DNA of 64,000 nt from Eledone cirrhosa (lineage: Eukaryota), in the NCBI GenBank assembly GCA_964016885.1, contig OZ024749.1, positions 23,498,001 through 23,562,000 on the forward strand, given 5' to 3'. The notes beneath the pieces are model-generated. The model did not search any database and was not told where the DNA came from. It saw only the letters and a list, made by a program, of their open reading frames with translations. How positions within the stretch are numbered: position 1 is the first letter of the stretch; every line of letters starts with the position of its first letter. A program made the translations under genes and the position numbers. This document shows positions 1-13,668 of this stretch, piece by piece.

Positions 1-398
1 ACCTACACACACACACACACACACATAAGCATACACACATACATAAACACATACACGTACACACACACACACGCGCGCGCGTATATGCTTATACATAAAT
101 TCTTAAGCGCACTTTTACACACACGCAATCAGAAATATCTTCACACAAACCCACAGTCACACAAACACATACAAACTTATTCACGCCTACACATGCACTC
201 TTACATACAGCCGCAAAGAAACCCACTGCTGCACACGATCTCTCTCTCACACACACACACACACATACACACTCACACATACAAACATATTCACACTTAT
301 ACAAGCACTCTTTCATACAGCCTCAAACAAAGCCACTGCTGCACACGATCTCACAAACATACACATCGGCACACACACACATACGCTCACTCATATAT

Positions 399-433
<35 letters not shown>

Positions 434-924
434 CAACATATTCAAACTGTTACAGACTCTCTAAAGTACATACAATCACAGTTATAATCACACATACAAA
501 ATTCCCACTTAGAGATACAGACAATCACGCACAATCCCACACTCACATACACAGAGACACAGATATTTGAAGAGAGAAACGACGACAGCAACAGCACAAA
601 CAACAACGCCAAAATGGCGGATATGAATTTAACGCTGCGAGATTTGTCGGACTGATACTTCATCTATATGAAAAGATTTGTAGATAAAAATATTTCAAAC
701 TGAAAATGAAAGAAATCAGAATGCGAGGTTATCGAGAGATCTTTTATAAATGACTCCGTTTAACTTTGACAAAAGACAAGCAACTGTAACGTAAAACAAC
801 AACAACAACTGCAACAACAACAACAACAACAAAAACAACAACAACGACAACAACAAGAGCAATAATTGCTGCAACGACAACTGCAGCATTAATAACATAA
901 ACAATTATAACAAACATAATACTT

Positions 925-1300
925 ATTTCTACTTTAGGCACGAGGTCAGCAATTATCCAAGTGCATTACTGGTACTTTATTTTATCGACCTCGTAAGGAT
1001 GAAAGGCAAAGTTAACCTCGGTGGGATTTGAACTCAGACAATAAATGGCCGTAACTCTTAGCGGCAAAGCATGGCGTCCGACCCTCTACCGATACTGCCA
1101 ATCCATAATAATTTCTGATTTACACACAAGGCCAGTAATTTGAGGAGCGGGGAAATCGACACCAGTGAGTAACTGGTACTATATTTCATCGACCTCGTAA
1201 GGTTGGAGGCGAAGTTAACCTCGGCAGTTTGGACTCAGAATGTAAAGGGCCTTAATTATATGCTGCAAAGCATGCTCCACGACGTTTTACTGATACATCC

Positions 1301-1303
<3 letters not shown>
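925..1303 (-). mobile_element. Two tandem tRNA-derived SINEs with Deu/Nin-type core
   Basis: Minus strand: A-box-like TGGCAGTATCGGTAG, B-box GAGTTCAAATCC, core GCCTTTCATCCTTACGAGGTCGATAAAATAAAGTACCAG, 3' GCTGGCCTTGTG-like end; same family recurs across the window. Confidence 0.85.
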
Positions 1304-1392
<89 letters not shown>

Positions 1393-1426
1393 AAATAAAT
1401 GGAAACTATATTTATAAAACCATATT

Positions 1427-1491
1427 TATTTCATTATATATATTTCAAGGATACCAAGTTAAATCATGGTATGCCTTCATCAGACAAAATA
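1427..1491 (-). ncRNA. Type I hammerhead ribozyme in PLE pseudo-LTR
   Basis: Minus strand: tattttgt-CTGATGA-aggcatacca(loop)tggtatcctt-GAAA-tatata-TA-atgaaata; stem I of 8 bp (2 G-U), stem II, minimal palindromic stem III. Confidence 0.8.
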
Positions 1492-1624
1492 CAATATATA
1501 ACAGTTTTACAAATAGATAATTGACATACCCTTTCAAAAAGGGGACCGTTGTTTTTGGAGGCCATCCGGATAGTGGTTTGTTTTCTTTAGTAAGTCATAG
1601 TGTTAAGAGTAAGTACAGAGATGG

Positions 1625-1655
<31 letters not shown>

Positions 1656-2789
1656 GAGAGAGAGAGAGAGAAACGTGGAGAAAAAGAAAGGGAAAGATAG
1701 ATAAAGAAAAAGAAGAAAGCAAAAAGAAAAGAGAACAGAGGAAAAATAACGGGGAGATATCAAAACATCAGACAGAGAAAGACCTCAAGAGAGAGATATG
1801 CATAGATAGAGAGAGGGGAGAGAATGAAAACCATAAGTTATGGTATATTAAGTTGAGTTAACAATTTAGATGAAATGAATAAATAAAATTAGAAATATTA
1901 ATATTCGTGAATGGAATATAGATATATAATATGAGAAATTACACATTGTTTAATTATGATTATATATTTACTTTAAAATTGAGATCAATATATTAAAAAT
2001 TGGAATTTAAACACTACAAAATAAATTTATTGCTAGAGAAATTATCTATCGTATATCACATATACATAGACAAAGGTACATAAATATATATATATATACT
2101 CACTCACTCAGAGATATACATTATATCTACTCCCGCACACAATGTATACATACAAAGCATAAGTGATTTTTTATTTGTTGCTATACACTCCTTGTGTTAT
2201 TAATTAAAACATGTTAGTATATATCTACAAATATATAGGATTAACTTTTCTGCATTTATGGCTGTTAAGTTATTTTTATATGCAATCAAAAACTGCATGT
2301 GTAAGCATGTATATTCACACCCATAATTCTTAGCTATACATGAATATATATGTGTGTGCATCTTCAATTGTTATACACGCGTCACTCATGCATATATACA
2401 GACAGACATATAATCACAAAAAACCTATAACATGTATATGTATGTCAACCCACACATATAGATACATAAGCCGTACATAGACATAAGTATACATCAACAT
2501 ATAACATAGTACAATTGAGTATATAAAATACAAAAGGATTATAATTATATCAATATAACTTAAAAGGCAAACGAATTCTACAAACATCAAAATACTAAAA
2601 TATCCCAAAATACTATAGAATATTTCAAGTTAAAATAATATGTTTAATATATTTAGCATAGAAATTTATCTAACGTATATTTTAATCAAGACATTGAGAG
2701 GACAAACTTTTGAAAATTATGAGAAGCTATCAGAATAAAAAATAAATCTAATAAAAATTATGAGAAGCTATCAGAATACAAACAAATCT

Positions 2790-3360
2790 AATAAAAAATA
2801 AAAAAATAAAAATAAAAATAAAAAATAAAAAATAAAAATTAAAAAATAAAAAATAAAAAATAAAAAATAAAAAATAAAAAATAAAAATTAAAAAAATAAA
2901 AAATAAAAAATAAAAAATAAAAAATAAAAAATAAAAAGTAAAAAATAAAAAAATAAAAATAAAAAATAAAAAATAAAAAATAAAAAATAAAAAATAAAAA
3001 ATAAAAAATAAAAAATAAAAAAATAAAAAATAAAAAAATAAAAAATAAAAAATAAAAAATAAAAAATAAAAAATAAAAAATAAAAAATAAAAAATAAAAA
3101 ATAAAAAATAAAAAATAAAAAATAAAAAATGAAAAATGAAAAATGAAAAATGAAAAATGAAAAATGAAAAATGAAAAATGAAAAATGAAAAATGAAAAAT
3201 GAAAAATGAAAAATGAAAAATGAAAAATGAAAAATGAAAAATGAAAAATAAAAAATAAAAAATAAAAAATAAAAAATAAAAAATAAAAAATAAAAAATAA
3301 AAAATAAAAAATAAAAAATAAAAAATAAAAAATAAAAAATAAAAAATAAAAAATAAAATG
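2790..3360. repeat. A-rich 7-mer tandem repeat (TAAAAAA)n/(TGAAAAA)n within the PLE 3' UTR
   Basis: Direct reading; central block of TGAAAAA units at ~3130-3245. Confidence 0.9.
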
Positions 3361-3645
3361 AATCTAATAAAAAAAATGAATCTAATAAAAAAATGAATCT
3401 AATAAAAAATATAAATAAAAGGAATCTAAGCTAAAATAATGTTTAGTATAGAAATTTATCTTACGTATATTTTATTCAAGATATTGAAAGGATAAACTTT
3501 TCTAGAATAGTTTATTATATTTATAATTATATTTATGAAGAAAATTTACACTTGGGTACTTAACCAAAGAAAATGAAAAAGGTGAAGGAATCTAATGATT
3601 TATCGACAGGTTTCTTATATTAACTAAATTATTTAATTAATTAAA

Positions 3646-5868
3646 CTACATTTTAAATTTATATTTATATTTAAACGTTGAGTTCAATGTATGTCTGCAG
3701 CGACTGAATAAATTATTTCTTAAATTAAGGGAATTTTTGGTCTTTAATACAAAAAATATTTCCTCTATACAAAGATCACAATTTTCAGAAGAGGAATTAA
3801 AAGGAGTAGCTTTTGAAATAATATTCCAAATCAACGAATATTCAACATTATCTCGTTTTAGGTCCCATAATAGGCTAGATAGCGAGGTTGAAGATTTTTT
3901 GTTTGGATCTGTAAAATAATTTTTATGATTATTGAAGCGGGATTTAAATTCAGTAGTGGTAGAACCGACATAGTTAACTGAATTTAAATTAGTTTTAACA
4001 TTACAATTATAAACAACATTTTTAGCTAAGCAGTTGTTATTTAACGGACAATTTGATTTATTTCTACAGTTACAGTTATTCGATTGAATATTGCTTGGAT
4101 TATTAATGGTATTTTGGTTAGGTTTTAAATTTCTATTATTAATTCTATTAATATTTTGCGCTAAATTTTTGGTGGAAGAGTAAGTTAATTTTATAGTATG
4201 TCTATTAACAATTGAGTAATATTTATGTGTTCTAGGGAATCGTTTGTCAAGAGCTTTAAAGAATAGTTTAGCAATAGGGGTTTTAATATTTAGTGAGAAA
4301 GGAGGAGCGAACCATAATATATTCCTAGTTCTATTTCTTTTTCAGCTTTTGGAGTTATTGTAATATTTTCTATTATAGTTGTTGAAATTGTTACCATAAT
4401 TAAAGTTGTTATTATTTTGGTTATTTTGTATATTATTATTATTATCGATGTATTTAATTTTATTTCTATACCCCGCTCTACCTAACGCTTCGTTGTAATA
4501 ATGTGCTTTTTCATCAAATATATTCTTATTACAGGAAATTTTTGAGATTCGTTCTTGAACCGAGTTCACTATAGTATTCTTAACGGATCTGGGGTGAATA
4601 AAGTTAAAATTGACATAATTTAAGTTCTCATTTAGTTTGTGAAATGGATAATGAAGACATGTGTTGAGATTTAGTGTTACATCTAGAAAATTGACTATTT
4701 TATGGTTATTCTCTATTTCTACTTTTAGATTAAGGTAATTATAAAATTGTATAATTTGTTTTCTTTTTCTATTTAGTTCACACCTATTATTTTCTATAAG
4801 TAAAAGCATGTCGTCACGATATAAGCCTCCAGTTACCCCTGGTATTTTTCTATGTAGAGAATTAATTATAAAAAGGCCCACAAGGTCCGTTACCTGAGCT
4901 GAGTCTGAAGATCCCATGGTTATGTCGAAATTATTATTTCTATCTGCCCTAGTCCAGAGTTGGTTATTAAATTCTATTAATGTTTTCCGTGCCGATAATA
5001 TAATGTGCATTTCATTGCTAGTTAGGTCTGTATGTTTAAATGCGTAAGTTAGTGCCTTATTCAGTAGATTAGGAGTGATAGATGAGTAGTAGTTAGCAAT
5101 ATCCAACTGAATAAACTTATTATTATAGTTATATTTAATTTCTTTAAACCAATCGATAACCTCACTAGTCCCTTTTCATAATTTTAAGTAAGATAAATTA
5201 GGTAAAATCTTAATTTGTTGTATTATTCTATCTAGAATATTTTTGCGAAGTCTGCCCAGGTCAGATTTAGATGGTGCAATTAATCTGACTGGTAAATCAT
5301 TTTCAAAGTTTCTTTTATGATCCTTCATATTGATCTTAGGTTTCCTTGGCATGAAAGGTTGTGTTTTATTTTCAATGTCTAGTTCATGTATTATACAAGA
5401 GGCATCTGTATTCAGTTTTTCAAGTTCGTCCTTATTTGCTACTTTATATTTCTTCCTTAATTCCTTCAATGTAGGGTAAATAAATGTCCTTTTGTATTCC
5501 GTAAAGCTTATTAGTTTTGTCCGACTTGACTAGAATTTTCTCCGTTTTCTCCAAGTTTTCAATCTTATCCTTAATATCTTAAGTAATCTTGGCCTTTGAA
5601 GTTGTTTTTGAATTTGATGCTTTCGATGATAGATATGATATCATTTTCAAAATCCATTATAGTTTGTTGGGGGGTGGATTTTTTTAGATTTGAAGATTTT
5701 ATCCAGATTTGAAACATTTTCATTTAGATTAGATTTATCGAAATAGAAAGCACGCCACCTGATTCTTCTTATAAAGGTGTCTGATTTTTCTATTAATTGT
5801 TTAATAAAATCTTTATACCTAGGTAGAGGTATGTCTTTTAGAGAAGAAGAGATCTTAAAGAATTCCAT
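3646..5868 (-). pseudogene. PLE polyprotein (reverse transcriptase + linker + C-terminal GIY-YIG endonuclease), disrupted; motifs most like the Naiad clade
   Basis: RT motifs QLDIANYYSSIT, FDITMGSSDSAQVTDLVGL, GLYRDD, VNFLDVTLNL; linker RNILWFAPPFS; Zn motif CNCRNKSNCPLNNNC; NVVY...YVGST...FKSRFNNH; CDLC...CRH. In-frame TGA at 4342 and 5176, frameshifts in 5470-5650. Confidence 0.92.
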
Positions 5869-6046
5869 TTTTCAGTTATAATGTAAAGCGCTCAACAATA
5901 CAGGAGCAGAGTATATGCAAAAGTTCAATTTAAATTGTTGGGATACAACAAGCAAATATTATTATAACTGATATAAAGCACTCGATAAATATTTGGAGTA
6001 GATATACAGTATTAATAAATGGAAACTATATTTATAAAACCATATT

Positions 6047-6100
6047 TATTTCATTATATATATTTCATTAAATCATGGTATGCCTTCCTCAGACAAAATA
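6047..6100 (-). ncRNA. Damaged hammerhead in the second pseudo-LTR (11-nt deletion of the stem II 3' arm)
   Basis: CTGAGGA...GAAA-tatata-TA with stem I intact, but 11 nt missing relative to the 1427-1491 copy. Confidence 0.6.
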
Positions 6101-6227
6101 CAATATATAACAGTTTTACAAATAGATAATTGACATACCCTTTCAAAAAGGTGACCGTTGTTTTGGAGGCCATCCGGATAGTGGTTTGTTTACTTTAGTA
6201 AGTCATAGTGTTAAGAGTAAGTAAAGA

Positions 6228-6287
<60 letters not shown>

Positions 6288-6870
6288 CGTGGAGAAAAAG
6301 AAAGGGAAAGATAGATAAAGAAAAAGAAGAAAGCAAAAAGAAAAGAGAACAGGGGAAAAACAACGGGGAGATATCAAAACATCAGACAGAGAAAGAGCTC
6401 AAGAGAGAGATATGCATAGATAGAGAGAGGGGAGAGAACGAAAACCTTAAGTTATGGTATATTAAGTTGAGTTAACAATTGACATGAAATGAATAAATAA
6501 AATTAGAAATATTAATATTCGTGAATGGAATATAGATATATAATATGAGAAATTACACATTATTTAATTATGATTATATATTTAGTTTAAAATTGAGATC
6601 AATATATTAAAAATTGGAATTTAAACACTACAAAATAAATATATTGCTAGAGAAATTATCTATCGTATATCACATATACATAGACAAAGGTACATAAATA
6701 TATATATATATACTCACTCACTCAGAGATATACATTATATCTACTCCCACACACAATGTATACATACAAAGCATAAGTGATTTTTTATTTGTTGCTATAC
6801 ACTCCTTGTGTTATTAATTTAAAACATTTTAGTATATATCTAGTATATATATAGTTTCCATTTATTAATA

Positions 6871-6922
<52 letters not shown>

Positions 6923-6991
6923 GGATGTATCAGTAGAGCGTCGGGGAGCATGCTTTGCAGCATATACATGTATATATACATATATTGTATA

Positions 6992-7146
<155 letters not shown>

Positions 7147-7156
7147 TGTATATATA

Positions 7157-7333
7157 ACAAAGGAATTGTGGTAAGGAACCAGATGAACCATAACGCACCA
7201 GAGTACTCAATACTTAGGGTAGTAGAGTGGGAAATGGGAAAAAGTATGATTTCGACGGCTATTTCTGGACTAAATTTAGTCCAGAAATAGCCGTCGAAAC
7301 GGCTTGAGCTCTGCCGTCGGGGTCATAGTTTTT

Positions 7334-7336
<3 letters not shown>
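7157..7336. mobile_element. Fold-back fragment of HHR-bearing repeat family C (3' half of hammerhead: GAAA-cggc..gccg-TC-ggggtc)
   Basis: Palindrome centred on ctggactaaatttagtccag; family recurs at 17658, 26858, 31331, 43145. Confidence 0.7.
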
Positions 7337-7366
<30 letters not shown>

Positions 7367-8314
7367 CAATAGGAGAAGGAGAAGGAGGAGGAGGAGGCAG
7401 GGGATGGTTGTTGTAGCAGCAGACTGCTGTGAGGCACCCTTTGAATAGTATATACAAGGTTTTTTGGGGTGTTCGGTTGATTGTTTCTAAAAATATCTAT
7501 CTTGGTATTTTTTCTTAGAAGATATGATCAACATTGACCTTGTTTTTTGGCCACAAAGAAGATTCAGTATTATTGAAATACTAATTCCAACCCTAGCAGG
7601 AATTTTAGATTTAGGGGAATGGATAAAATGTATATATATATATATATCTATATATATAAAAATGAATGTTTGTTTGTTTGTATGTATGTCCAGGAAGGAA
7701 GGGGAATAACTCTCTATTTACTACGTGTATATATATATATATATATATATATAAGACATTGAAAAACAATGAAAAATTAAACAAATAACATGTTCTTCAT
7801 ATTAATCTATTGTACTTAAATTTGCTGTCCATTCGTCTGACCTAATTATCTTTCTCTACTGTAACCACCATACCATCCTTTTCCACAATTGTTTTACTGT
7901 TTTCTCATTCTACACTGATGATAGAGAACTGAAGGAGGTAGGTTTGCATTTATCTCAGTATAATTTGTAAAATATAGCATATATGTATGTGTATGTATAT
8001 ATGTGTATATGTATATATATATATATATGTGTATATATGTATATGTAGATATATTTTTTTTTATGATGATGCATAAATCAATATTAATATGAATAACATG
8101 TTCTTTGTTTAATTTTTCATTATTTTTCAATGTCTTATTTTGACTCTGTTCTATTGTTTTGCATCATTAATTAACTACATGAATTGTTTATGATCCCTCC
8201 ACACTCGGATTTCATTGAGTTCTCTATATGGATCCGACACTACCGTTTACTCCGGTAGATTAATCTGTATATATATATATATATTTCAGAAATCAACCCA
8301 TTTTCTATTCAATT

Positions 8315-11300
8315 ATGCCTCCCAAACGACGAGCAATTGGTTAATCTACACCTCAAGCAAGGAAAAAATATGCATTACGAGCTTCAGAAACAGACGAGCA
8401 ACGGAAAGCAAGATTGGAAACGAATCGACTACGCAATGCTGAAGCCCGTTCATCTGAAACAGACGAGCAACGGGAAGCAAGATTGGAAACCGTTCGAGTA
8501 AGAACTGCTCAAGCCCGTTCATCTGAAACAGACGAGCAACGGGAAGCAAGATTGGAAACCGTTCGAGTAAGAACTACTCAAGCCCGTTCATCTGAAACAG
8601 ACGAGCAACGGGAAGCAAGATGGCAAACCGTTCGAGTAAGAACTGTCAAGCCCGTTCATCTGAAACAGACGAGCAACGGGAAGCAAGATTGCAAACCGTT
8701 CGAGTAAGAACTGTCAAGCCCGTTCATCTGAAACAGACGAGCAACGGGAAGCAAGATTGGAAACCGTTCGAGTAAGAACTACTCAAGCCCGTTCATCTGA
8801 AACAGACGAGCAACGGGAAGCAAGATGGCAAACCGTTCGAGTAAGAACTGCTCAAGCCCGTTCATCTGAAACAGACGAGCAACGGGAAGCAAGATTGCAA
8901 ACCGTTCGAGTAAGAACTGTCAAGCCCGTTCATCTGAAACAGACGAGCAACGGGAAGCAAGATTGGAAACCGTTCGAGTAAGAACTACTCAAGCCCGTTC
9001 ATCTGAAACAGACGAGCAACGGGAAGCAAGATGGCAAACCGTTCGAGTAAGAACTGCTCAAGCCCGTTCATCTGAAACAGACGAGCAACGGGAAGCAAGA
9101 TTGCAAGCCGTTCGAGTAAGAACTGTCAAGCCCGTTCATCTGAAACAGACGAGCAACGGGAAGCAAGAGTGGAAACGAATCGACTACGCAATGCTCTCAC
9201 CAGAAGAATACTGCACGCTGATTTAAATCTTGGTGCATTTCATTACGATTCAAATTATGATTACAGTCTTCATCCAAGTGTGATTATTGGAAAAATGGAT
9301 AAATTATGCGGGTATTGTGGTGCCCTCAAATTAAAAAATGAAACACCAGGAATGTGCTGCTCGGGTGGAAAACTGAAATTGCCAGAATTATATCCACCGC
9401 CTGAACCATTATCAACGTTAGTATCAGGTGACACAAGCGAATCTAAACATTTCTTGGCAAACATACGCAAGTACAAATCATGTTTCCAAATGACATCGTT
9501 CGGTGCAACAAATATCGTGCGCGAGAATTACATGCCAACATTCAAAGTGCAAGGGCAAATTTATCATCGTGCTGGATCACTACTACCACTGCCGGACGCA
9601 GATCACAAATTTCTTCAAATTTCTTTCATGGGAAACACTGATGACCAAATAGATCAACGTTGCAAATTCAATACGGGAACTAAACGAGAAATTGTTACTG
9701 CATTACAAACTTTATTCAATCAACACAACAAATTAATTCGATTGTTCAGAGCTGCCCTTGAACAAATGCCAAGTGATGACTAGACAATTGTAGTTAGAGC
9801 AGAAAAAACACCTGTTGGCCAACATCAAAGACAGTACAATGCACCAACAATTGATGAAGTGCCAATCGTTATTGTAGGTGAAGAATTTAACTCGCGCGAT
9901 ATAATTCTTCACCGCAGAAATGGTGATGTTCAGCGAGTCTCAGAAACGCATCGGTCATACGATGGTTTGCAATATCCAATTTTATTTTGGCAAGGAGAAG
10001 ATGGATATCATTTCAACATCAAACTGAGAAATCCACAAACAGATGAGGAAACGAATAAGAAAGCCAGTACCATGAATTATTATTCATATAGATTAATGAT
10101 TCGTGAGAACGGTGAAAATCATATTTTGAAATGTCGACAATTGTTCCATCCATACATTGTCGATATGTATGCAAAAATCGAAACCGAACGACTCCTCTAC
10201 ATTCGATTGAATCAAACCAAGCTACGTTCAGAAGATTACATTCATTTACGTGATGCCATTGTTAATGATGGCAATATGAATCCTAATGAATTGGGGAAAA
10301 TGGTCATACTGCTGGCTACATTTACAGGGAGCCCACGGCACATGCATGAATACGCACAAGATGCAATGACATATGTTCGCGCATATGGCCGTCCAGATCT
10401 TTTTATTACATTCACATGCAATCCTACGTGGGATGAAATTAAAGAACTTTTGTTACCTGGTCAATCGTCTTCGGATCGTCATGATATTACAGCGCGTGTG
10501 CTCAAACAAAAATTGAAATTTTTAACGGATTTAATTGTCAAGCATCATGTTTTTGGAGAGACAAGCTGTTGGATGTTTTTCATTGAATGGCAAAAAATAG
10601 GATTGCCGCATGCCCACATTTTGATTTGGTTAATTGAAAAAGTCACACCAGATCAAATTGATCAAATAATCTCAGCAGAAATACCAGATGTCGACGTTGA
10701 TCCAGACTTATTTGAATTCGTCAGTAAAAACTTGATTCATGGTCCATGTGGCTTACTCAACAACAATTCACCATGCATGTCTGATGGGAAATGCACGAAA
10801 CAATACCCAAGAGACTTAGTTGCCGAGACTATCACTGGCAATGACGGATATCCACTCTATCGTGAGACGAGCAACTGAAGATGGCGGCAAATCCATCACT
10901 TTAAAAGTACGAAACAATTATGTTGAAGTCGATAATCGTTGGGTTGTACCATATTCACCGTTACTCTCAAAGACGTTCAAAGCACACATCAATGTCGAGT
11001 ATTGCGATTCGGTGAAAGCGATCAAGTACATTTGCAAATATATCAACAAAGGAAGCGATATGGCAGTTTTTGGAGTATGCAATGCAAATTCATCTATCGA
11101 TGAAATCGACCAATACCAACTGTGACGCTACATTAGTAGTAATGAAGCAGTGTGGCGCATTTTATCATTTCCAATCCATTATCGACATCCAACAGTTGTT
11201 CATTTGGCGGTGCACCTTGAAAATGGACAGCGCGTATACTTCACATCTGAAAATATACGTGCAAGGGCATTGACACCACCGCCAACAACGTTAACTGCGT

Positions 11301-13333
11301 TTTTCTCATTATGCAGTGAAGATGTGTTTGCAAAGACACTACTTTATTCTGAAGTGCCAACATATTACAGATGGAATACATCAACGAAAAAGTTTAAACG
11401 TCGCAAACAGGGTAAAGTAGTTGAAGGACATCCCAATTTATATTCGACCGACGCGTTAGGCCATGTGTACACAGTTCACCCAAATAATGCAGAATGCTTT
11501 TACTTGCGATTATTGTTAATCAACGTACGTGGACCGACACCATTCCAAGAATTGAGAACAGTAAACGGTCAAGTATGTGCCACTTATCGTGAAGCTTGCC
11601 AAAAATTAAATCTTCTTGAAAATGATGGACATTGGGGCACTTCACTCGCTGATGCATCGAATACTGCTCGACCACAGCAAATACGCACGTTATTCGCAAT
11701 ATTGACAACGTGCTTCCCATCAAATCCAAAAGATCTTTGGGAAAAATACAAAGACTACACGAGTGAAGACATCCTACATCGTTTGCGTGCAACAAATCAA
11801 AATCTGAATATTCAATTCACACCAATCGTTTATAATGAAGCATTGGTTTCGATTGAGGTCATATGTTTAGCAATCGCTAACAAAACACTGGTACAATTGG
11901 GAATGCCTGCGCCGAATCGATCTGTAAATCACATTTTCGATCGAGATTTGTAACGAGAAACAAACTTTGATGTCGCCGAATTGGGTACATTTGTTCAAAC
12001 GAATCTTCTGAAATTGGTACCAGAACAACGCATAGTATATGACAAAATTATGCAGGCAATTACAAATCAAAGCGGCGGATTGTATTTTATAGATGCGCCC
12101 GGTGGTACAGGCAAAACGTTTCTCATTTCACTTATTTTGGCAACTATACGATCACAAAATAATATTGCAGTGGCAATCGCATCATCTGGAATTGCGGCAA
12201 CTCTTTTGGATGGTGGCCTAACTGCACATTCAGCACTGAAATTGCCATTGAATATGCAAATCACTGAGACACCAACATGCAATATCACCAAAAATTCTGG
12301 TATAAGTAAAGTACTCCATCCAGGTAAAATCATTATATGGGACGAATGTACTATAGCGCAAAAAAATCATTGGAAGCGCTTAATAACACACTAAAAGATT
12401 TTATTGTCTGGTGATTTTCGACAAACTCTACCAGTTATACTGCGATCAATACCCGCTGATGAGCTTAATGCATGTCTCAAATCATCAGTTTTATGGCGAC
12501 ACGTACAGAAATTAACTCTAAAAACCAATTTGCGTGTACAACTACAAAATGATGCATCCGCTGAACGTTTCACAAAACAATTGCTGGATATTGGGAATGG
12601 GAAAAAGTAATCGATGAATCCACAAAATGTATGACATTGCCAGCAAACTTCTGTAGAATCACGGCAACCAGAGACGAACTGATTCACAAAGTTTTCCCAA
12701 ATATCGCGCAGCATTACAAAAATCATCAGTGGCTCAATGCACGTGCTATATTAGCAGCCAAAAACAACAATGTCAATGCCATTAATTTCAGCATTCAAAA
12801 CAAAATACCAGGCGAAGCGACAACGTATAAGTCCATCGATACTGTAATGAATCAAGACGAAATTATCAATTATCCAACTGAATTCTTGAATTCACTTGAT
12901 TTACCAGGCATACCACCGCACATTTTAACATTGAAAATTGGCGAGCCTATCATCCTTCTCCGAAACATCAATCCACCACAACTTTGCAACGGTACCAGGC
13001 TTTCAGTGAAAAAGATGATGAACAATATCATCGAAGCTACAATTTTAAATGGAAAATTAAAGATGTACTGTTGCACGCATCCCAATGATTCCGACAGATA
13101 CGCCATTCGAATTCAAACGTTTGCAGTTTCCGGTGTGACTCGCCTTTGCAATGACAATCAACAAAGCACAAGGACAATGGCTACAAGTGTGTGGACTAAA
13201 TTTAGAAAATCCATGCTTCTCACATGGACAGCTGTATGTGGCTTGCTCACGCGTCGGTAAACCTTCTGATTTATTCGTGTACGCACCAGAAGGAAAACAA
13301 AAAAACATTGTGTATCCAAAAGAACTTCAGTAA
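8315..13333 (+). pseudogene. Helitron Rep/helicase (HUH endonuclease + PIF1-like SF1 helicase), with stops and frameshifts
   Basis: PDLFITFTCNP, EWQKIGLPHAHILIW (HUH), KYICKYINKG, DAPGGTGKT (Walker A), IIWDE, GDFRQTLPV, MTINKAQGQ, FSHGQLYVACSRV; Zn motif CGYC...MCC. Confidence 0.95.
8444..9175 (+). repeat. 11 units of a 69/68-bp coding tandem repeat (ARSSETDEQREARLETVRVRTAQ) in the RepHel N-terminus
   Basis: Unit starts at 8444, 8513, 8582, 8650, 8718, 8787, 8856, 8924, 8993, 9062, 9130. Confidence 0.95.
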
Positions 13334-13521
13334 AATAAATTAAATGTTCTTATAACGAGTTTTCTTTAAATTCATCAGTCATTCAGTCATTTAAAGATAA
13401 ATGTTAAGATCTAAAAAATAGAAACTAAATTAGAGAACTTTTTAAATAACGATTAAAATTTTAATATTATTGTTTTCTAAATAAGCTTTGTAACACCTAG
13501 CGAAGCCGGGTAGCTCCGCTA

Positions 13522-13567
<46 letters not shown>

Positions 13568-13597
13568 AGATCAAAAGATGGTTAAAGGAGTTCCATA

Positions 13598-13668
13598 TAT
13601 TTTATTATGCGCATTTCAAAAACAAACATCATCAAGCAATAATATTTGTGTTTTCATCAGATAAAACA
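13598..13668 (-). ncRNA. Type I hammerhead ribozyme (second PLE)
   Basis: tgttttat-CTGATGA-aaacacaaatattatt..gatgatgtttgttttt-GAAA-tgcgca-TA-ataaaata; palindromic TGCGCA stem III. Confidence 0.82.

Larger units (their letters stand above)
1389..6872 (-). mobile_element. Penelope-like retroelement (PLE), near full length, with ~840-bp direct pseudo-LTRs (1389-2233 and 6007-6842) and a short inverted terminal copy (6845-6872), inserted in (TA)n
   Basis: Near-identical ~840-bp direct repeats flank a minus-strand RT + GIY-YIG coding region; a hammerhead lies in each repeat; tandem/inverted pLTR layout is a PLE hallmark. Confidence 0.93.
7647..13522 (+). mobile_element. Helitron, full length, defective
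   Basis: 5' TC(TATATATATAAAAATGAATG) at 7647; 3' subterminal hairpin acctagc-gaa-gccgggt then CTAG at 13519-13522; inserted between A and T; RepHel coding region inside. Confidence 0.92.

Noticed and set aside
608-622. AAAATGGCGG (YY1-like) promoter motif, similar motif at ~51082
   Set aside because: Short motif alone with no associated gene evidence
4342-5178. In-frame TGA codons in the PLE ORF as selenocysteine (reported for some Naiad PLEs)
   Set aside because: TGA at 5176 falls where Trp is expected (xWKxTxxVIDWF) and TGA at 4342 lies in an Arg/Lys-rich linker; Cys motifs use normal codons, the ORF also has frameshifts, and no SECIS was recognised
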